From a bacterium (lineage in GTDB: Bacteria; Patescibacteriota; Saccharimonadia; Saccharimonadales; SZUA-47): 45,831 nt of DNA. Position 1 is the stretch's first letter, and every line of letters begins with the position of its first letter. The DNA is taken from NCBI GenBank assembly GCA_009923445.1, contig RFTN01000006.1, positions 1 to 45,831 of the forward strand, written 5' to 3'. The notes under the pieces were generated by a model. It had not been told where the DNA came from. It made no database searches and worked only from the letters and a program-made list of their open reading frames with translations. This document shows, one piece after another, positions 29,361 through 40,500 of this stretch. The position numbers and the translations under genes were made by a program.

Positions 29361-29489
29361 CTTGTTGCCACATAGCAAGTACGCAAGTGCGTAATGGTGC
29401 CATTTAAGAACGCACTTGAAAGCAATACACAACAGGCACTAAAAAACTGATTTTTGGACAAATTTGGTCACAAAAACCCTATAAGAGAA

Positions 29490-30431
29490 ATGAGAAAGCA
29501 ATTGATGACTACATGTTTACGATCGCATTACACGAATGAGTTTGTAATTGATATGAAAGATGCGTGTTACTTAATAGGACAATTTAGTAGTGTTCATGAG
29601 TATGTAGAGTCACAATACGTAGAGAATGTAGGATACAAAATAGAAAATGGTAGACTAATGTTAAATGTACAGACATTTATAGAGCTGTGTATTGAGAGTA
29701 ACAATCAAGAATCCAAGAAATTCGTAGGATTATTTGTGCAAAACAAACAAGAAACGTATCAAGAATACGAAAAAACTGGTAACATATACATACTAAGAGT
29801 CGAATCGGGTGGCCCATTAAAGATTGGCCGGTCCAAAAATGTCAGTAAACGTGTAGGAAGTTTACAATGTGGGCATCATGAGAAGATTGAAGTACTATAT
29901 GTTTTTTCAACAAGCAATGATGTCTTGCTCGAGCGTATTATTCATGTTGTCCTTGAGAAATACAGGTGCAATTCAGGTCGCGAGTTCTTCAACTGCAATT
30001 TTACTTTCGCCAAAAATGCTTTGATGTTCATAGGAAATGCATTTGAAACATTAATGTCCAGTTTACAAGATATTACACTCGATGAAATATTCGTCAAATT
30101 CAAATTGAAATTTGAAGAACACAAAATGGACTTGGAAGTAAACAACAGTTTGATGGACGTTACGGGAACTGATGAACAAAGCGATTTCGATAAGTGGCTC
30201 CGAAAAAATATCGTAGTAAATCAGAACGCTGTACTGAACTTGACCGATATTTGTAAAGGATATTTGGGTAAAAAAGCACCTTCAAGAATAGCTTCAAAAT
30301 ACAAAACATAGGTTGAAGAATACATTTCTCTTTATTTTCCAGGAATCAATCCCAAGTACACTGATTCAACTTATTGCAAAGTAAAGTTTAAAGGGTGGGC
30401 TGGCTTATCTATTAAAAGAAATGCTATTTAA
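29490..30431 (+). pseudogene. T5orf172/GIY-YIG-like protein with D5-like C-terminal domain interrupted by in-frame TAG (30309-30311)
   Basis: GNIYIL...LKIGRSKNVSKRVGSLQCG...LERIIH..L..YR...REFF. The frame continues 39 codons past the TAG with homology to the D5 C-terminus. It could be a truncated CDS, a readthrough CDS or a sequencing error. Confidence 0.7.
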
Positions 30432-30436
30432 AAGTA

Positions 30437-30444
30437 AAAATTGA
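30437..30444 (+). promoter_or_regulatory. Mimivirus-type early promoter AAAATTGA
   Basis: Exact octamer just upstream of D5 ATG 30460. Confidence 0.6.
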
Positions 30445-30459
30445 TAAACTTCAGTAAGG

Positions 30460-33291
30460 ATGTATACACGCAAGAGCATTGCCTTGAGGGATAAAGACGA
30501 ATCGCAAATTGTGTGTAATGAAGCGATTACAAAGTACTTCCTATTAGACAGTTACACGGAGTTCAGAAGGCTTATAGAGGACACTGAAAGCCCGTGTTTT
30601 TATGAATTTATTGGCTCTGACTCTCCGGTCAAAATGTTCATGGACATTGAAATATACAAATCTAAGCACTTGGACATGTTTAATGATCACAAAACCCTTA
30701 TTACAAGTATTGTCCAGTCTCTTCGAGTTGGACTTGCCGACATGAGCATTGAAACAAGTGTTGTTGTATTAGAGTCTCACAACGACACCAAACGCAGCTA
30801 TCACGTCATTTGTAATGGAGTGCGTAATGGAAAGATCGTTGCATTCCGGAACGCCAAGGCGCTCAAGACATGGATTACGTCGGTTTTTGGAGACCTTGTG
30901 CAACAAAAGATCGTTGATACAGCTGTTTATCGTGAGGGTCTTTTTAGAACGTACCTCAGCAGCAAACAGCATGAGTTTCGCCCGTTGGTGGCGAGTGATA
31001 TATCCGACTCATTTGATTTCTTAGATACTTTTGTGTGCCATTTCCACCTCACCTCACCGGATACTTATGAAATTGTAGAACTGGAAACTGTTACTCAACC
31101 CATAGAAATAGTCACAGAACATGACCAACAACGTGTATATGCTGAGCTTGATGCTTCAGACAAATCCGTTATTTCTCATTTCCTAAGACTTCATTATGCC
31201 ATCCGCCCAACTGACATTCGGGAGTTTCGAGTTGATACGCAATTGAATTGTATCATTATTAGTTTGCACGAGAAATTTTGTTACAATGTTCAAAGGGAGC
31301 ACCGTAGTAACCACCAATACATAGTTATAGACACGTATAGCTCTAAACAAAAGTGCCATGATACCGACTGTAGCAATTTCAAGTACACAGAGATAAAACT
31401 AGACAAATACCCACCAGACCTTTCTCAAATAGTGTTGAAATGCCTGCGTGTCAATCGAATAGAACAAGAGCTTATCCAAAAGGCCAAAGAGGATTGCAAA
31501 GACTACATAAATGAAAATTTTGACAATATTCAAGACATTACATTTGACAAAAACGAGCTTGTGTTTCGCGGAGATGCGACAACGGAAAGTCTAATGCGTG
31601 TAAATGGGAAATGCCCTCAGTGCAACCTTGAGCACCAAATTACAGGTGGTGGATACTGTATACGGTGCCGTGTGTGTAACAGTGTCTTTCCACGAAACCA
31701 GCTAATTCCAGTGGATGCCCGGTTTAAAGAAATACAGTCCTTCTGGAATAACTACACAAATTTGATCAATCATGGGACGGTCAACTACAATGTCACTGTC
31801 AACTACAACTCGGTGGTAGATGATACAGAGCAATTTGATTGTGATGTCAATTTAGAAGAGGACATTCTTAAAAACACACCTATAACAAAGTTATTTAATC
31901 AAATCCTTGATGGACACAAGATTACCAAGATTGGTGAACTGCTCAAGCGTCTTGAAGTGGATTTTCGGTATGCAAATGGGAATTGGTACTACTTTAACGG
32001 AAGTATATGGAAACATGACAATGAAACACTTGAATTTCGGAAAAAGATCGTAAAAATAACGAATATGACGCACACGATAAAGTCGTACTACGAATCAAGA
32101 CGAGGTGAACACAATGCCAAGTTGGTAAAAAGTGTCAAGGGTCTTGCTAACAAGTTCCATCGGCCCGGTTTTCAAGATGAAATTGTCAAGGGTGCCAAGA
32201 TGTATTTTCATGACGAATCGTTCTTAAAAAATCTGAATCGAAAAAAACACCTGGTACCATTTACAAATGGCGTGTTTGATTTGCTTGAACGCAAATTTCG
32301 AAAAACGCGCAAGGATGACTACGTTCTCCTCACAACAGAGTACGCATATGACGAACGTGCACGTAATCCCGGTGTATACGAATTTCTTGAACAGATCTTG
32401 CCTAATGCAGGTGTAAGAGACTTTGTATTAAAGAAGTTATCAGATTGTTTAAATGGTGATATACCAAACACGTATTTTTTAATGTTTATCGGCGACTCGG
32501 GTGCCAATGGCAAAAGTCAACTGCTTAATCTAGCAAAAGCGTGTTTTGGAGAGCTAGGGGAAAAGGTGGAAGTAACACTACTTACACGTAAGAGGAACAA
32601 TGCAAACGAAGCAAATAGCGAAAAGGTCAAATTGATGCACAAACGATTTGCATTTTTAAGTGAACCTGAAGATGGAGAAAAGATTAATATTGGTCTTCTT
32701 AAGGAACTCACTGGCTCGGAGGAAATCGTGGCCCGTGGACTTTACCAAGAACCGGTATCTTTTGTCATGGAAGCAAAGTTGTTCCTTGCATGTAACGAGC
32801 TTCCTGAAATCAAAGGCGAGGACACTGCTTTGTGGCGCAGAATTCGTGTTGTGGATTTCCCATCACGGTTTGTAGACAATCCTCAAAGGCCGGGTGAGTA
32901 CAAGATTGATAGAGACATCCCGTCAAAAATAAGAGAAAATATCTCATGGAGACAAACATTTATGAATATTCTTATTGACTACTACCACAAAGACGTCCCA
33001 GAACCTGAATCAGTTAGAATCACCACAAACGAATACCGCGAAGTAAACAATGACTTTTACAATTGGTTGTCAGAGAATGTCGTTGAATGTCCAGATTCTG
33101 CACTAAGACTCAAGGACGTTTGTGAAACGTACTTGATGAAAACCAAGATAGTGTCAAGAGAATCCACAAAATACAAAAAGGAGATTCAAAGATACATTAA
33201 AGAAAAGTACCCGCATCTAAAATGGGAATACCAAGATACCAGCATTAATGGAGATAAATTTAAAGGATGGGCTAAACTAAAACTCCGTTGA
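30460..33291 (+). CDS. D5: D5-like primase-helicase (AEP/PrimPol primase, Zn domains, SF3 helicase)
   Basis: FMDIE, SYHVI, DTAVY...FRT..SSK (primase); FTNGVFDL; Walker A GANGKS; SEPE, LKELTG, ACNELP, WRRIRVVDFPSRF. Confidence 0.95.
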   Translation: MYTRKSIALRDKDESQIVCNEAITKYFLLDSYTEFRRLIEDTESPCFYEFIGSDSPVKMFMDIEIYKSKHLDMFNDHKTLITSIVQSLRVGLADMSIETSVVVLESHNDTKRSYHVICNGVRNGKIVAFRNAKALKTWITSVFGDLVQQKIVDTAVYREGLFRTYLSSKQHEFRPLVASDISDSFDFLDTFVCHFHLTSPDTYEIVELETVTQPIEIVTEHDQQRVYAELDASDKSVISHFLRLHYAIRPTDIREFRVDTQLNCIIISLHEKFCYNVQREHRSNHQYIVIDTYSSKQKCHDTDCSNFKYTEIKLDKYPPDLSQIVLKCLRVNRIEQELIQKAKEDCKDYINENFDNIQDITFDKNELVFRGDATTESLMRVNGKCPQCNLEHQITGGGYCIRCRVCNSVFPRNQLIPVDARFKEIQSFWNNYTNLINHGTVNYNVTVNYNSVVDDTEQFDCDVNLEEDILKNTPITKLFNQILDGHKITKIGELLKRLEVDFRYANGNWYYFNGSIWKHDNETLEFRKKIVKITNMTHTIKSYYESRRGEHNAKLVKSVKGLANKFHRPGFQDEIVKGAKMYFHDESFLKNLNRKKHLVPFTNGVFDLLERKFRKTRKDDYVLLTTEYAYDERARNPGVYEFLEQILPNAGVRDFVLKKLSDCLNGDIPNTYFLMFIGDSGANGKSQLLNLAKACFGELGEKVEVTLLTRKRNNANEANSEKVKLMHKRFAFLSEPEDGEKINIGLLKELTGSEEIVARGLYQEPVSFVMEAKLFLACNELPEIKGEDTALWRRIRVVDFPSRFVDNPQRPGEYKIDRDIPSKIRENISWRQTFMNILIDYYHKDVPEPESVRITTNEYREVNNDFYNWLSENVVECPDSALRLKDVCETYLMKTKIVSRESTKYKKEIQRYIKEKYPHLKWEYQDTSINGDKFKGWAKLKLR

Positions 33292-33312
33292 GGAATTTTA
33301 CTTGTCGTCGAG

Positions 33313-33582
33313 TCAGCAATCAAAATGTGAATGCGATTCTCGCGAATACAATTCCTCTACAAAGTCCCTACCAGATTTTGTAAGCTTCCCCCGACCAAGA
33401 TCATCGAGCACAAACTCGCCTTCGTTGTCAGAATACCAAAGAATTAATAGACAATTGTAGCGGGTGTCGTATGTGTATACAACAGTAATACCATACGTTT
33501 CACCTTTGCATTTGGCTTGCCCTGTTTTAACAGCATTGCTTAAGATATCCATTTCTGTGTAAATCCGAAATGGAACTCCCAT
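33313..33582 (-). CDS. Hypothetical protein
   Basis: 89 aa ATG ORF in an intergenic gap. Confidence 0.5.
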   Translation of the reverse strand: MGVPFRIYTEMDILSNAVKTGQAKCKGETYGITVVYTYDTRYNCLLILWYSDNEGEFVLDDLGRGKLTKSGRDFVEELYSRESHSHFDC

Positions 33583-33683
33583 TAACTTACATTACATTTA
33601 CATAATTTTTTCAGGGTTTACATTTACGTAATTTTCAGGATTTACGTTTACACAATTTTCATGGTTTACGTACACGATCTACA

Positions 33684-34430
33684 TTATATAAATTTTTTTG
33701 ATCGCTTTCTTTGTTGTCGAAGTCCGTAATTAGGCAGTTTTAGTTTTTTCTTGAGTTCGTCTCGGAAATCTGTATTAAAAGAAAAGTGTGGTGCAAATGA
33801 ATGTTTTGCGTAACCTATGGCATCTTTTACAGCATTCAAGTCAGATTCAGAGTATGTAAACTCGAACATCCTGTCGAGGTTGTTGTCGGTGTAGTAATTG
33901 TATTGAAATTGCAGATTGTCTACAACTACTTCTTTTAGTTCAGTTGGAGACGCTGTAGCTGGTTCTGTAGTTGTAGTAGTAGTTTCAGAGTCAGTTTGTG
34001 TGGACACAGTTTGAGTTTGGGTGGAACGTCTTTCGATTTCAGATGTCAGATTTTGAATTCGTTCGGCATTTATTAGGATTACAGATTCTTGGTTTACAAC
34101 TGAATCGGTTAAGACTTGGTTTAGTTGTTTTAATTGTTCAACTGTGTTGTCAACTAGTTTTACAGGCATCGCACGAAGAATGTATAGTACATTGGTATGG
34201 TTTTGTTTTGTAGACCATATCCAGCCACTTTTCACTACTTCAGTTACGGACAGGATTTCGGCATTCCAACGGTCGTCAAGCTCACTTGTATTGAAAACTA
34301 AATCTGAATTCACATTCACGTTATCAAAAAAGGTTTTCATTTCTAAAAGCACTTGATCCTTAGTGAGTACTGCATTTGAGAGAACGTACTCATGTTTGCC
34401 TGTTGGAGCAACAACAATAACAAATGCCAT
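33684..34430 (-). CDS. Hypothetical protein with coiled-coil and Thr-rich linker
   Basis: 248 aa ATG ORF with a basic C-terminus. Confidence 0.7.
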   Translation of the reverse strand: MAFVIVVAPTGKHEYVLSNAVLTKDQVLLEMKTFFDNVNVNSDLVFNTSELDDRWNAEILSVTEVVKSGWIWSTKQNHTNVLYILRAMPVKLVDNTVEQLKQLNQVLTDSVVNQESVILINAERIQNLTSEIERRSTQTQTVSTQTDSETTTTTTEPATASPTELKEVVVDNLQFQYNYYTDNNLDRMFEFTYSESDLNAVKDAIGYAKHSFAPHFSFNTDFRDELKKKLKLPNYGLRQQRKRSKKFI

Positions 34431-34521
34431 TGTACGTTTTATAAAGGTACATTTGAAAAAGAATTTATGGGATACCCGCAGTCACGCAAAATTTTATTTA
34501 TTTGTTAATTTTATAACATAA

Positions 34522-37500
34522 ATGTCTGGTTTCAACGAGAATGCCATCGTGTACGAGTCGCAGGTGGTCATTAACGGGACATCGGCATCCAGTTCGAGCA
34601 CTGGAGGGCTCATCGTGAGCGGAGGATTGTCGACACGTGATACGTTTGTTAGCGGACATGTGTCGGTGAATCAAGTGAATATCACGCCTAATTTAAATGA
34701 CATTATTTACGAAAAGCAAGCCATCTTATCAAATAGCGTAACGACGTGGACGGACGTAAGCGGATTCCTCTTTGACAACACCATTGCAACCGCGTTCAAG
34801 GCCCATGTTACAGTGAATGTATCTACAGCTGATCCTAAGACGGCTATGTGGGAATTGAACGGTGTGTACCTGAGCAGTGGGTGGACTTTGACATCACGGT
34901 TTACAGGAGACTTGACAGGGGTCAACTTTGCGTTAACGTCTGCAGGTCAAGTTCAATACACAAACACGAACAGCTCTGGTACTACAACAATTAGATACCG
35001 TGCGACGACCAATGCTCCAGCGGGAACAAATCCCCTTAGTTACACAGGAACGGTGCTCCTGAATACGTCTGGGAATTATATTCCCAACAACCTGGTGTAT
35101 GCCAACACGGTTGATACATTGGCCACGACGGATATTACCTACACTTCAGACAAATTTGCAGTAGGAGGCAATTCAGTTGTTGTTATAGATAACGGTAGTA
35201 CATACACTGACGTGTCAAGAGGCGGTGCACTCACGGTAATGGGTGACACGAGTATAGCCAAGACACTTGTAGTCGGTCAGTCTGTAGGTGTTGGAGTGAC
35301 GAGCCCAAGTTACTCTCTGGATGTTTCTGGCGACATCCACTTTACGGGAGAGTTGTATCGCAACGGCGTCCCATTTGTGAGTAGCTTGTGGGGTGCAAAC
35401 GGAAATGATATCTATTACACACGTGGCAGTCTTGGTATCAACACTACCTCTCCGGCTTACACATTAGACGTGGTGGGAACAGCAAGAATCACAGATACCC
35501 TTACCACTGGATCTGTTCTTGCTGGTACTGTAAAAAGCACAGCTGCTACATTGGGCTCAGTCACAGCTACACAGGCGAATTTCACGACATTGTCTGCAGG
35601 AAGTGTCTATGTGACAGGTGACCTCAATGTCCTCTCAAGTGTCAATACAATCAACATGACAGTTGCAAACATGGTCGACACTAACTTGACCGTGTCAAAT
35701 ATCGTTGTTACAGACACGTTGACTGGTGGTTCCTTTGCGGTGTCCAATGCAAATGTATCCCAGTTGTCCACCGGGTCATTAACCTCTCTAAATGCAACTG
35801 TCGGAAGCATAACTAGCACTTCAGTGTCCATTGGCACTCTTTCAGCAATGACTGTAACGTCTGGCAATATAGCTGTTGGAAATGCTACATTATCCAACTT
35901 TGCAGCCGCAAATTTAACATCAGGAAATGTGACTATTACAAACGCAACAGGAACAAATTTAGTAGTAACTGGAAACTTGTCAGCTGGCAATGTATATTCT
36001 ACCGGTATTACTTCAACCAATGTCACAATTACCAATTTGACGTCTGCAAATGTGATCTCCACAAACGCGACAATGACAAACATAAATGTACTGGGCAATA
36101 TGAACGTACCCAATTTGGCCTCAACGAACCTGTCAAGTAGCTCACTCCTCACAACAACCGCCACTATCGGTACCGCGGTATTTGTAAACAGCACACTCAA
36201 CAACATGCAAGCAACAAATGTTACAACAACAAGTCTCTTAACAACAAGTTTGGTGTCTGGTGACATTTCAAGCACAACCGCTACCTCGACAAACATCGTC
36301 TTCACATTTGCTTCAGGAGGAAACTTGTACGTAACGGATGTATCATCCGGGTCCGTGAGCACCACGAATATGACTTCTGGTACATTCGCTGTAAGCAATG
36401 TTACAAGCACGAATATGCAATTCACCAATGCTACTGGAACAAACGTCAATGTAAGCACAGCTACAGCGGGAAGCATTGTCGCCAATACAAGCGTGTCCAC
36501 AGGATCATTTTCTACACGTGATGGCCAATTTACTAATGCAACAGCAACTACAATGATTGTATCGGGAAGTATAACTACTGGCAGTATTGTGGCTACAGGA
36601 AGTGCTACCACAGTTAGTATTACCGCGTCGACCGGTAATTACACAAACGTGACAACTACAAATTTAGTAACAAGCACTGCATCCCTTGGAACACTTGTAG
36701 GAACGGCACTGACAACAGGAACTATTACTGCAACAAATTCTACAGTGACGAATTTAATGTCTACGGCCATTACCTCGGGAAGCATATTTGTTTCTGGTAA
36801 TATTTCTGCAGCCAGTGCATACATCACCACAAGCTTGTCAGCAACAAATGTGTCAACTACTAATGTGTCCTCTACAAACGCCATAGTGACAAATGCAACA
36901 GCTACAAATATCGTTGCAACAAACATTTCTACTGGAACAATCGTGTCCACGAGTGTGTCGACGGCAAATGTGGTGTCTACTAATGCTACTCTTGGTCAAA
37001 TGCAGTTCACGACTGCCACAGGAAATGGACTTGTTTTGTCCACGGGCTTGTCTACAGGCACATTGTTGGCTACAAGTGTAACGGCTGCCAATATCGCTGT
37101 AAACGGAGCAACAGTGTCCAATTTAACAGTTACGAATGTGACAGCATCTAATCTTACATCTACAGGAATTACATCAGGGACTATTCGTGTTACAACTTTA
37201 CTTAGTTCAGCAAATGTCATTGCAACCAATGTTACCTCCACCAATGCCGTTGTCACAACAGGGAGCATTGGAACGCTTGTTAGTACAAATGTGACATCAC
37301 AAAATGTGTCTACACTTAATTTCACATCTGGTAGTGCAAATATCCTTAATGCCACAATGTCCAATGCCACTGTTACAAATATGACCTCAACAAATGTGAA
37401 TGTATCTAATGGTATTACATCCGGTGTGTTATTTGCGACATCGGGTACCTTTAGCACGGTGACTACAACTCAACTTACTGCTACAAACATCACCGCAACA

Positions 37501-40500
37501 AACATCAGTCTTTCTGGAAGCATCCAAACAACCACGGTCACATCCACAAACGCGACAACTGTAAATCTTCAATCCACAAACGCGTCAATTGGCTCGCTGA
37601 CTGTGTCCACGGCATTGGCAGCAACCGGAAATAGCAACACATTGGGAAATATTTTCACAACAGGAGGGAATGTGGGTGTTGCAACAACCAGTCCAAGTTT
37701 CACTCTTGATGTGTCTGGATCAGCACGCTTTAGCGTAGGATTTACCACAGGAACCCTTGCAGCCAATACATCCGTATCAACAGGTTCCCTTGCAACAGGA
37801 ACTTTGACAAGTGGTAATGCACTGATTACATCGATGTCAGTGTCTACATTAAATGCTTCAACAGTGACCACTGGATCTCTTGTCGCCACAAACGTAACAA
37901 CTGGAAGTATGACAGCATCCAATGTCATTGCAAGTAACATCACAAGTGCCACATTGAACTTGACTACTGGTATGACAGCAGGCTCACTTCAGGTTGCAAA
38001 CTTGACAAGCACTGGAAATCTTCAAGCTACACAAGCAACCGTTACAAACGCTATTGTAAGCACTTTTAGCGCAAGCACGCTTGTCATCACGGGCTCAATG
38101 ACCGTTGGATCAAATTTGTCTTCAAATGTCATTTCAGCTGGAAGTATTTCAACGCCAAGTGCAACGACGACGAATCTGATCATTACTAATGCAACAACGT
38201 CTCAAATTGTAGCGACAAATATCACTTCCAGTACTTTGGTGTCAACAAATGTGTCTACATCTAATGTTACAACTACCAATGCCACGGCAACGAATCTTGT
38301 ATTCACAAATGCCACAGGAGCAACATTGACATTGACAACAGGCTTGACAGCAGGCACGGTTTCAGCAATTGCTTCTATTTCTACAGGCGCGTTGTCGGCG
38401 ACAACAAGCACTATTTCGAATATCAATTTCATAAATGCCACTGGTGGAAGCATTGTTCTTTCTGGAAGTATTACTGCGGGGTCATTTGTTGCAACCAATG
38501 TAACTTCAACAAACGTCAGCGCTACGAATGTAACATCAACAAATGCAGTGATTACAAATGCAACGGCTACCAATTTGAACTTGACGACGGGCCTTACAAC
38601 AGCGACGTTATCTGCTACAAACAGCACACTTACGAACGTCATTGCGTCTAATGCCACATTCACAAATGCATTGTTTACGAATGCCACAGGGACGAATTTG
38701 GTCTTAACAAATTTGACATCAAGCAATTTGACGGCTACAAACATCTCAACAGGATCCCTAAATGCTACTAATGCAACGGTGCCCAATGTTGTTTTTACAA
38801 ATGTAAGTGCGGGTGCTTTGAACATCTCTTCGAGCTTGACAGTGTCAAGCGTGTCAACGGGAAGTTTGACTGCTACAAATCATACTTCTACAAACGTCTT
38901 AGTATCAAACATTACCACAAACAACTTGCAAGTCACAAGTACCTTGACAGTGCCTACGTTGTTGGCTTCTACACGTATTACAACAAGCAATGTGTCCACG
39001 TCTTCAGCAACTATTGGTAATGTAGTTGTTACCAACGTGACCGCTGGAACTCTAGTAGCGACGACAGGTGTGACTGCAGGAGTGTTGTTTTCTACTCTTG
39101 GTTCATTTTCGACGGTTACTTCTACATTGTTATCGGCTACTACATTGACGGGCGGAAACATTAGTTTATCTGGTAATTTGGTGGTTGCGGGCACACTTAC
39201 TACGGTCAATGTGACTACTACAAATTTGCTTGACACAAATGTCTCTGCTGGATCGATGCGCGTCACATCGTCGCTTAGTGCGCTTGGAAACAGCAATACA
39301 ATTGGCAGCATTTTCACGACTGGTGGTAATGTGGGCATTGGTACCACGAGCCCCGCCTATAGACTCGATGTCTCAGGTACTGCACGATTCGCCACAGGGC
39401 TTACGACAGGTACACTTGCAGCAAATACAAGCGTGTCATCGGCCAATGTAGCGGCAAACGCGGGTACATTTGGAAGTATTCTGGCTACGAATGTGTCTGC
39501 AAGCACATTAAATGTGACGAATGTGACTACAGGATCGATCCTAGCTACAACGGGTGTGTCCACGGGAACACTTACAGCTACAAACGTCACAGCAACAGGC
39601 GTCACAGCAAGCAATGTACTTGTGACCAATGCCCTTACTGCAGGTAACATTGTGGCTACTACGAGCACTTCTACGGGCAATTTAGCAGCTGGAAATTTGA
39701 CCGTAGGTAGCATTCGAGCTACAACAAGTGTCACAGCAGCAACATTACTAGCAACAACTGGGGTAACAGCAGGCGCATTGAATGTTACATCAACGTTTAC
39801 AGCTCCTTCTGCAATTTTCTCCAATGCTACTGTGACATCCCTGTTTGTCACTAATATTACATCTGCTGGTATTTTTACAACATCCGGTACACTTGGTTCC
39901 GTTACCTCTACAAATGTGACCACTTCGACAATGTTGTCAACCAATGCAACGACAACCAATTTGCAATTTACGGCTGCAACGGGAAGCAATTTGGTGATGA
40001 CAAATGTGACTACAGGTACGCTTAGTGCGACGACGAGTGTCAGTGCTGCCAATGTTGCAGGAGCAAACACAACTACGACTAATCTAGTATTTACCAATGC
40101 AACAGGAACAACATTGACGCTTACTACACTTTCTGCAGGAACGCTAGTGGCCACAACAAGTGTTAGCACAGGCGCGCTTACGGCATCACAAGCCACGATT
40201 GGAAATGTACAAGTTACGGGTGGAGTGACAACTGGATCGATTACGTCGACCACGGCAACAGTGACGTCTTTAGTTGCGTCTACGAATGTGTCCTCAAACA
40301 ATGTGACAGCCACCAATGTCACAAGCACCAACTTAAATGTGACCAATGTGACAAGCACCAATGTGTATGCTACAAATGTGACGTCAAGCACGCTATTGGC
40401 CACGACAAGTGTGAGTACGGCCAATCTTCTTGCCACCAATGCGACATTCCAGAACGTGATTGCAACCAATTTGACGGGATCGAATATTGTAGCAACATCA

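Noticed and set aside
28414-29450. Possible CRISPR or MIMIVIRE-like array
   Set aside because: The intervening sequences are themselves repeated and irregular in length rather than unique spacers, and no cas genes are present.
27882-29461. Short ORFs within the repeat tract
   Set aside because: Mostly non-ATG starts, frames not conserved between repeat copies, and no recognisable domains.
30309-30311. Genome-wide TAG reassignment
   Set aside because: TFIIS, MCP and GT41 end at TAG at their expected C-termini, and other long genes contain no internal TAG.
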